This document shows positions 57,288 to 64,000 of a stretch of DNA of 64,000 bases, in pieces. Source of the DNA: Patescibacteria group bacterium (GTDB lineage Bacteria; Patescibacteriota; Microgenomatia; UBA12405); NCBI GenBank assembly GCA_018902845.1, contig JAHIPV010000013.1:18766-82765 (forward strand), read 5' to 3'. Within the stretch, counting starts at the first letter, position 1. The number at the start of each line of letters is the position of its first letter. Below the pieces are notes generated by a model. That model did not search any database, had not been told where the DNA came from, and saw only the letters and a list, made by a program, of their open reading frames with translations. The translations under genes and the position numbers were made by a program.

Positions 57288-57447
57288 TTCTTCCTAGTCT
57301 ACCACAGCCACGCTCGATTTCAGACACCAACTTATTGCCCGACTCTCACCCTTGTATGTCCAGATCGTCTATCTATCAACAATGGCAAATGTCGTATTCT
57401 CTTATCCAAAACATTTTTAAAAAACATCAAAAAACCTCTCAAAATCA

Positions 57448-57810
57448 TTATCGTGCATACGGATTTTGCTTTCGTGCAGTACCTCTTTTCACTCTGACAC
57501 GCTCTCTTTTTCTAGTAAAGTATTCCACATTATCACCAACGCTACTTCTTTGGACTATTTTTTTATAGCTCTTAGCTAACAAGATGGCCCCTCTTCTTCC
57601 GGTAAACTCAGTTGGATTAGTTTCTATTGCAACCCTTGTCATTGTGGGAGATCCAAGTTCGGCATGATACTCTGTCTTCAATCTAACATCTGCTTCTGCC
57701 CAATCGTTCATTCCATGTCTTGCCATTAATTTATCGCGAACAGGAAATCCCGTCTCCGTTCTAACTCTCGATACTCTATCTCGTCCTAATTTGTAATCAT
57801 TTCTAAACAT
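57448..57810 (-). CDS. Hypothetical basic protein
   Basis: 120 aa from ATG 57810; TTGACT-16-TATAAT (extended TG)-7-ATG promoter. Confidence 0.6.
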   Translation of the reverse strand: MFRNDYKLGRDRVSRVRTETGFPVRDKLMARHGMNDWAEADVRLKTEYHAELGSPTMTRVAIETNPTEFTGRRGAILLAKSYKKIVQRSSVGDNVEYFTRKRERVRVKRGTARKQNPYAR

Positions 57811-57908
57811 AACCCACATTATAGCACACAAGTTGATAAAGTCAATTCTTTACATAGGTCACAGACATTTTCAACATTCGGTCTTGTTCTGTTATTAATA
57901 ATTGACGT

Positions 57909-59537
57909 TTAGTGATTAGTATTTATCTCTCTTACCATCAACTGCGGTTTTTGTTTTCCTCCCCAACTATTTATTTCCATCCCAGCTACAATATCAACAC
58001 AGGCTCCGGTTTTTAATTGCTCAAACAAATATCCTTTTTTAAAAGCAATGGCATCAACAAAATTATCACCCAGCACCAATTTCAAATGACTTTTATCACC
58101 ACCCACCAGTCTTTTTTGAGCCACTTTTACATTTTTAAACCAAAACATAGGTTCTTGATTTTCCATTCCAAAAGGCAATAATTTTTCAATAGCTTTACAA
58201 TTAGAAAGCTTTACAGCCCCCATTTCCATTTCTGCTTCAACTTCAATAGCCTTTTCAATTTTCTTTTTTCCCAATTTTTTGTTAATAATTTTAATAATTT
58301 TTTTTCTAAATTCTTCAATATTTTTAGTCTCAATACTAAAACCAGCCGCGCCCTTGTGTCCCCCCACATCTATCAAAAGTTTGTCAGTTTCCCTCAAAGT
58401 CTTAATGATATCCAGCTCCTTTATCGATCTACATGATCCTTTGGAAATTTTTTTACTCTCACTTATAACAATTGCCGGCAAGCCATATTTTTCAGTCAAA
58501 TTACCGGCAATCAGTCCAATCACGCCTTCGTGATATTTCTTGTCAGAGATAAAAATAACTCGATCTTTATTCAATTCACACCCTTTCTTTGCCATTTCAA
58601 AAGATTTTTTTTGTAGTTTTTGCCGTTCTATGTTTAATTGATTTAATTTATCAGCGTATTTATCCAGCAAATTTCCATTCAGGCATAATAATCTCAAGGC
58701 ATCGGTTGCATCTCCCAGTCTGCCTACTGCATTAATTCTTGGTCCAATAACAAAACCAAGGTGATAACTGGACAAATCCTCAATTTTTACTCCTGCTGTT
58801 TTTATCAATTTTTTAATACCCAAATTAGGATTTTCTCGCAAATATTTGATTCCCCAATAAACTATATTTCTATTTATCCCCAAGAGTGGTACACAATCAG
58901 CCACCGCCCCCAAAGCCGCTAAACCCAAATCGGCTTTTTTACTGAATTCTTTTGCCAAAAGCCAAGATAAAACACTAGCCGAAGTTCCGGTCGAGTGAAT
59001 TATCCCACTTACTTTTAATTTATTTTCGTCTTTTTGGTGATGATCAATTATCACCACATCTACATCTCTTTTTTTGATTCTTTTAATTTCTTTATTGGCA
59101 ACTATTCCATTGTCCACCGTAACAAGCAAAGAAAATTTAATATTCTTTGCCTTTTCAAACTCTATAAAACTTTTATACTTGATTCCATACCCATCTTTTT
59201 CCCGATCGGGAATAAAAGGCAAAACCTTGCCCCCCTTTTCATTTAATGCCATCCACAAAATCGCCGTTGATGTAATTCCATCCACATCATAATCGCCATA
59301 AATCAAGATATTTTCTTTATTTTCAACTGCCTTTTTAATTCTTTTTACACTTTTTTCAAATCCATTTTTACCGACACCAAATTCTTTCAGATTTAATTTA
59401 TCGGGATTTTCAGGTTTCAAAAATCCCTCAACTTCCTCTTTTTTTACTCCTCTATTCTTCAACAAAATTCCCAGCAACTCTCCTGCACTAGTCTTATCCG
59501 TTACCAATAATTTACTTTTTCTTACTATACTTGCCAC
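57909..59537 (-). CDS. recJ: Single-stranded-DNA exonuclease RecJ
   Basis: YGDYDVDG, P.R...GYG, TVDNG, IDHH, AD.VPL..NR, GPRINA.GR, GS.RS, GGH..AAG. Confidence 0.96.
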   Translation of the reverse strand: MASIVRKSKLLVTDKTSAGELLGILLKNRGVKKEEVEGFLKPENPDKLNLKEFGVGKNGFEKSVKRIKKAVENKENILIYGDYDVDGITSTAILWMALNEKGGKVLPFIPDREKDGYGIKYKSFIEFEKAKNIKFSLLVTVDNGIVANKEIKRIKKRDVDVVIIDHHQKDENKLKVSGIIHSTGTSASVLSWLLAKEFSKKADLGLAALGAVADCVPLLGINRNIVYWGIKYLRENPNLGIKKLIKTAGVKIEDLSSYHLGFVIGPRINAVGRLGDATDALRLLCLNGNLLDKYADKLNQLNIERQKLQKKSFEMAKKGCELNKDRVIFISDKKYHEGVIGLIAGNLTEKYGLPAIVISESKKISKGSCRSIKELDIIKTLRETDKLLIDVGGHKGAAGFSIETKNIEEFRKKIIKIINKKLGKKKIEKAIEVEAEMEMGAVKLSNCKAIEKLLPFGMENQEPMFWFKNVKVAQKRLVGGDKSHLKLVLGDNFVDAIAFKKGYLFEQLKTGACVDIVAGMEINSWGGKQKPQLMVREINTNH

Positions 59538-59609
59538 TTACTCATTCTATCAACTTATGATTTTAAAATGTTTGTCAGTAATGACAATATTAAATAATTT
59601 TGGGTTTAA

Positions 59610-59640
59610 TTTGGAAATTTAGATTTTTGATTTCAGATTT
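59610..59640 (+). repeat. AT-rich TTTGGAAATTTAGA-family repeat
   Basis: First 18 nt identical to the 24-mer upstream of rpsC/rpsN/rplQ. Confidence 0.65.
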
Positions 59641-59819
59641 ATCTTCTCATTGCTTTTCCTTTTCGTTCTGTTATACTTAACCCCAGAACTCAGATACATA
59701 GTTATTTTAACTGGGTTCTGTTATAAGGATTCATTTTTAAACTGTAGTATCAAGAAATTTCCTTTTTTGTTTCTCTGTTATTTTGCGTCCTTAATTTATA
59801 AGTTCAAAAGTAAAAAAAA

Positions 59820-60287
59820 ATGGCAAAAAATCTTTTTGTAGGTAATATTTCTTACCAAAGCACAGACGACTCATTGGCTCAAGCCTTTAGTCAATACGGA
59901 ACAGTAGTTTCCGCAAAAATTATTAAAGACAAGTTCTCCGGCAGAAGCCGAGGTTTCGGTTTTATCGAAATGGGAACAGAAGAAGAGGCACAAGCCGCTA
60001 TTCAAGGTCTAAACGATCAACCACTAGATGGCCGAAATATCACAGTTCGGGAAGCTCATCCCAGATCTTCAGATTCAGGATCAGGACAATCTTATTCGCC
60101 TCCTCAGTCTTCTAGCTCCGATCCTTTTGGCGGATCATCGGCTCAAAGCGATGATTCATCTGATGATCAGCAACAGGCTGATGATGTAGTTTTCGAAGAA
60201 ACTCCTCCAGTTGAGGAACCAGAAGTAGAAGCTATTCCAGAAGTTGAAGAAACAGCAGAAGTTGAAAAACCGGCTAAAAAAGCTTAA
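59820..60287 (+). CDS. RRM RNA-binding protein with Ser/acidic tail
   Basis: RNP2 LFVGNI, RNP1 RGFGFIEM, GRNITV.EA. Confidence 0.93.
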   Translation: MAKNLFVGNISYQSTDDSLAQAFSQYGTVVSAKIIKDKFSGRSRGFGFIEMGTEEEAQAAIQGLNDQPLDGRNITVREAHPRSSDSGSGQSYSPPQSSSSDPFGGSSAQSDDSSDDQQQADDVVFEETPPVEEPEVEAIPEVEETAEVEKPAKKA

Positions 60288-60307
60288 AAATTCTTTTCTG
60301 TAAATTT

Positions 60308-60335
60308 AAACACCCCGATTCATCGGGGTGTTTTT
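60308..60335 (+). terminator. Rho-independent terminator
   Basis: AAACACCCCGA-TTCA-TCGGGGTGTTT perfect stem ending in a T-run. Confidence 0.85.
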
Positions 60336-60363
60336 GTTGGCCTAAATAAGCTAAAATCAAATC

Positions 60364-61725
60364 ATGTTTCCTATCAAAAAAATACCAGTCAAGGTAATCA
60401 ATCTTGTCAAAAAGTTTGTTGACAATAATGCCGAAATTTACATTGTCGGCGGTTCTGTTCGTGATCTTTTTTTAAAACGATCAGTCAAAGACTGGGATTT
60501 TACCACCAATCTTACACCCAATCAAATGAAAAAACTTTTTCCCAAAAACAGTTTTTACAATAACCAATTTGGCACTTTCAGCATTGTTGGCAAAAACAAA
60601 GAAGTTTTTGAAGTAACTACTTACAGAAGCGAACAGTCTTACTCAGACTCCCGCCACCCCGACAAAGTTAAATGGGGAAAATCAATAAAACAGGATCTAA
60701 AAAGACGCGATTTTACCATTAACGCTATTGCTTTAAATTTAAATTTTAATAAATTAGGCAAAGTTATCGATTTTGAAGTTATCGATCCCTACAACGGCCA
60801 AAAAGATTTAGGAGATAAGTTAATCAGAACTGTCGGCAATCCGGACAACAGATTTTCAGAAGATGCTCTAAGGCTCATGCGTGCTATCAGAATCTGTTGT
60901 CAAATAGGCTTTTTATTAGAAGAAAAAACCTTTTCCTCAATTCAAAAAAAATCAAAACTGTTAAAAAAAATCGCTGTCGAAAGAATCCGCGACGAATTTT
61001 TCAAAGTTCTTGTATCAGATCACCCCGCCGATGGTATCAGATTATTAAAAAACTCTAAATTATTAAATATTATTATTCCTGAATTACTGGAAGGAATTGA
61101 TTTTGAACAAAAGGGCCACCATATTTATAGCGTTTGGGAACATAATCTAAGGACCCTACAAAACTGCCAAAGCAAAGACCCGGTCACCAGGTTAGCCGCC
61201 CTCTTGCACGACGTAGCCAAGCCAAAAACAGCTCACGGGGTAGGGCAGGCTCGCACTTTTCACAATCACGAAGTAGTTGGCTCTCGTATGGCCGTCAAAA
61301 TCGGCCAAAGGCTTCGTTTGTCAAACAGTCAACTAGACCAGCTTTTTAGGCTGACTCGCTGGCACATGTTTACTTGCGAAACCAAACAAACAGACAAAGC
61401 AGTCAGAAGATTTATAAGGAATGTGACACCGCAATATTTAGACGAAATGATAGCTCTTCGTCGGGGTGATCGGATTGGTTCCGGTGCCAAAGAAAGCTCT
61501 TGGCGCTGGGAATTATTTAAAAAACGTTTAATCGAAGTTCAAAAACAGCCTTTCAGAGTCATCGATCTAAAAATTAACGGCAATGATGTTATGAAGATTC
61601 TAAATATCAAACCTGGTCCTCAAATCGGTAAAATCCTAAATGCTATATTTAAACAAGTCGACCAAGATCCAAAACTGAACCAAAGAAAAATTTTATTAAA
61701 AAAAATAGGGGAATACGCCACCTGA
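60364..61725 (+). CDS. cca: CCA tRNA nucleotidyltransferase with HD domain
   Basis: VGG.VRD, DWDFTT, EVTTYR, DL.RRDFTINA, RF.ED.LR.MRA.R, ERIRDE, LLHD..K. Confidence 0.92.
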   Translation: MFPIKKIPVKVINLVKKFVDNNAEIYIVGGSVRDLFLKRSVKDWDFTTNLTPNQMKKLFPKNSFYNNQFGTFSIVGKNKEVFEVTTYRSEQSYSDSRHPDKVKWGKSIKQDLKRRDFTINAIALNLNFNKLGKVIDFEVIDPYNGQKDLGDKLIRTVGNPDNRFSEDALRLMRAIRICCQIGFLLEEKTFSSIQKKSKLLKKIAVERIRDEFFKVLVSDHPADGIRLLKNSKLLNIIIPELLEGIDFEQKGHHIYSVWEHNLRTLQNCQSKDPVTRLAALLHDVAKPKTAHGVGQARTFHNHEVVGSRMAVKIGQRLRLSNSQLDQLFRLTRWHMFTCETKQTDKAVRRFIRNVTPQYLDEMIALRRGDRIGSGAKESSWRWELFKKRLIEVQKQPFRVIDLKINGNDVMKILNIKPGPQIGKILNAIFKQVDQDPKLNQRKILLKKIGEYAT

Positions 61726-61728
61726 CTT

Positions 61729-61753
61729 GTAGGGGCGACCCTTGCGATCGCCC
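61729..61753 (+). repeat. GTAG-type REP (intergenic copy)
   Basis: GTAG + GGGCGACC-CTTGC-GATCGCCC hairpin. Confidence 0.85.
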
Positions 61754-61766
61754 GCAAAATATAAAA

Positions 61767-63563
61767 ATGTCAAACAACAACAACAATCAAAAAAACAAAG
61801 ATTTTTTAAAAGCTATTTTTTGGATCTCCAAACTTGTTTACGGTCTTATTCCATACCTGCTTTTGACTTTGTTTGTCATGGAAATATTAACATCCATTTT
61901 CCCTTTTATAAGACAAAGACTTTTTTCACAATTAATTGACGATGTTATTGCTTTAAGCCAAAATAAAAATAATTTTTTAATAAAAACATTTTTAGCATTA
62001 TTTGTTGTCAGGATTACAATTTCTATAGTCAGTCGTCTCCAAACAATGTTTTATCAAACATTGGGAACTAAGCTCAGACATGAATTAAACAAACTTTTTC
62101 TAAAAAGAGTTTCAAACCTTGATTATCAGCATTTCGAAAACAAAGACTCAGCCAATTTAATAGCCAAAGTAAGTGAAGAATACAAATGGCGTATGCAAGA
62201 AGTCATAATCAACATACTTCGTTTAACAAGCCAAACTATCAGCCTGATTGCTATTTTTATTATTTTAGTTCCTCACTATTGGTTTTTGGTTTTGGTTCTT
62301 TTTGTTACCGAAATACCGGCCTATTTTATTAATCAAAAATGGCAAAAAATAGATTGGAAATTTTTTAATGACAATATAGAAAAAACTAGAAGTGGTTGGG
62401 ATATAGCCTGGCAATTAACAGAAAAAAGGTTTATCTCAGAACTAAAAATATCAAATTCTGTTAATTTTCTTCTAAATAAATTTAATCAAATTTTTGACAA
62501 ATTTATCATTGGCAGAATAAAAATCAAACAAAACAAAAACACATCTCAAATCCCCCTCATTTTTATCTCAAACTTGTCTGTTGCCTTTTGTATTTGGGTT
62601 TTACTAAAAGATATTCGATCCGGAAGCATTACCATAGGGCTTTTAACTTTTTATTACAACGCCGTTGGCCAAGTTGGTCAGAATTTTTCTGGCTTACTAA
62701 GAAGTTTTATTGATATTTCAGAACAAATTCCCTATGTTTTGGATTTCAAAAAAATAATAGAACTGCCCCATATTGTCAAAAATGGACAAAAGAAAACTGG
62801 CTTAAAAAAAACTCCCTTAATAGAATTTAAAAATATATCTTTTAAATATCCAAATTCAGACGACTACATTTTCAAAAATTTAAATCTAACCATAAAAGCA
62901 AACGAGGAAATTGCCATAGTCGGTATCAATGGCGCCGGCAAAAGCACGCTAATAAAACTCTTGTGTCGTTTTTATGATCCTCAATCGGGGCAAATTTTAC
63001 TAAATGGTATTGACATAAAAAAATTCGACCTAAGTTATTGGTACAAACAACTTTCCGTCCTCTTTCAGGAATTTAATATCTATCAAAACCTGACCCTGAA
63101 AGACAATATAATAATAGGCAAACCAAATTCTATAATTACCAGGCAAAAAATCATTTCTTCACTCAAAAAATCAGAAGCCTATAATTTTATCAAGGAATAC
63201 AAAAATGGTTTAAATACCATGATGGGTCAGCGCTATGGAGGCAAAGAACCGAGTTGGGGTCAATGGCAAAAAATAGCTATTGCCAGGATTTTTTATTCTG
63301 ATACACCGGTTCTTGTTCTTGACGAACCAACCGCTTCTATAGATGCTACCTCGGAACACAAAATTTTTGATCGTCTTTACAAACAGACAAAAAACAAAAC
63401 TCTCATAATAGTTTCTCATCGCTTTTCCACTGTCAGAAACGCCCAAAGAATAATCGTTATAGACAAAGGTAAAATAATGGAGCAGGGGACTCACAAAGAA
63501 TTAATAAAACTAAAAGGACTCTACGCCAAATCTTTCAAACTCCAAGCCCAAGGCTACAATTAA
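61767..63563 (+). CDS. ABC exporter (fused TMD and NBD)
   Basis: TM domain, G.NGAGKST, Q-loop LFQEF, signature variant PSWGQ, VLDEPTA, SHRFSTV. Confidence 0.93.
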   Translation: MSNNNNNQKNKDFLKAIFWISKLVYGLIPYLLLTLFVMEILTSIFPFIRQRLFSQLIDDVIALSQNKNNFLIKTFLALFVVRITISIVSRLQTMFYQTLGTKLRHELNKLFLKRVSNLDYQHFENKDSANLIAKVSEEYKWRMQEVIINILRLTSQTISLIAIFIILVPHYWFLVLVLFVTEIPAYFINQKWQKIDWKFFNDNIEKTRSGWDIAWQLTEKRFISELKISNSVNFLLNKFNQIFDKFIIGRIKIKQNKNTSQIPLIFISNLSVAFCIWVLLKDIRSGSITIGLLTFYYNAVGQVGQNFSGLLRSFIDISEQIPYVLDFKKIIELPHIVKNGQKKTGLKKTPLIEFKNISFKYPNSDDYIFKNLNLTIKANEEIAIVGINGAGKSTLIKLLCRFYDPQSGQILLNGIDIKKFDLSYWYKQLSVLFQEFNIYQNLTLKDNIIIGKPNSIITRQKIISSLKKSEAYNFIKEYKNGLNTMMGQRYGGKEPSWGQWQKIAIARIFYSDTPVLVLDEPTASIDATSEHKIFDRLYKQTKNKTLIIVSHRFSTVRNAQRIIVIDKGKIMEQGTHKELIKLKGLYAKSFKLQAQGYN

Positions 63564-64000
63564 CTTTTCCTCTTAAACAACAACACCAACGGCACGGCTA
63601 CTCCCATAGACGAATAAGTTCCACTAACAGCTCCAATCAGCAACGCTACCGCAAACCATCGAGTGCTTTCCCCTCCCAGCAGAGCCAACGAAACCAGCAT
63701 TATTATTATAGTCACTGAATTATTTATCGATCTTACCAATGTTTCAGATACTGCTCTGTTGGCCAAATCTACCCAACTACTTTTATAATCACTCCTTCTA
63801 AGTTCTCTGACTCTGTCAAAAGTAACTACCGTATCATGAACCGAAGCCGACAAAGTCGTCAAAACCGCCGTTACAAACAAAGCATCCAATTCCGCTCCAA
63901 AAAAATGCCCCAAAACAGAAAATCCTCCCACCAGTATCACCGTATCATGTAACATGGCCAATATCGCCGCCATGCCAAACCCCCAATCACCAAATCTTTT
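63560..64000 (-). CDS. secF: Protein translocase subunit SecF (5'-truncated by window)
   Basis: A.LHD, A.LT....SV.DTVV.FDRVRE, T..RSIN.S, G...GTYSS. Confidence 0.93.
   Translation of the reverse strand, partial: KRFGDWGFGMAAILAMLHDTVILVGGFSVLGHFFGAELDALFVTAVLTTLSASVHDTVVTFDRVRELRRSDYKSSWVDLANRAVSETLVRSINNSVTIIIMLVSLALLGGESTRWFAVALLIGAVSGTYSSMGVAVPLVLLFKRKS

Noticed and set aside
57332-57428. 31-codon minus-strand ORF (MFFKNVLDKR...) with a GAGAGG upstream
   Set aside because: Too short and without other support; may be chance
1347-63494. Many 60-140 aa ORFs antisense to or nested in core genes
   Set aside because: Shadow frames of well-supported genes with no motifs or promoters
1-64000. 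Alternative genetic code (TGA recoding), tRNA/rRNA genes, introns or inteins
   Set aside because: TGA ends genes such as rpsE, rplC and cca at expected positions; core genes are uninterrupted; no cloverleaf or rRNA-like segment was seen by eye

Overview
A low-GC, gene-dense core-genome window using the standard bacterial genetic code. It most likely comes from a Patescibacteria/CPR bacterium of the Microgenomates group; this is inferred from rpmD missing from the spc operon, AlaRS without C-Ala, archaeal-type AspRS and divergent ribosomal proteins. It holds rpsO-pnp, a protease-less Lon AAA module, udg, rnj, a RelB/YafQ-like toxin-antitoxin pair, proS, ftsK, rodZ, alaS, a sortase-ruvX-mltG cluster, miaB, rpoBC, the str/S10/spc/alpha superoperon with rplM-rpsI, uppP, gltX, a DD-carboxypeptidase, aspS, recJ, an RRM protein, a CCA-adding enzyme, an ABC exporter and partial secF. 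I saw no tRNA, rRNA, CRISPR array or transposase. The most striking unexplained structure is a set of short palindromic repeats (CGTC-tagged, GTAG-tagged and TCCGCC-N3-4-GGCGGA). They fill the intergenic gaps and have also been absorbed in-frame into the C-terminal tails of ribosomal proteins L13, L17, L29 and L23 (possibly L3 and S12). Other notable items are an AspRS fused to a YeaK/ProXp-type editing domain, an EF-Tu with a non-canonical switch I, pervasive leaderless-type promoters, an identical AT-rich 24-mer at a fixed distance from three r-protein starts, and resistance-like residues in RpoB, S12 and EF-G. All homology calls come from recognising motifs by eye; no searches were run.
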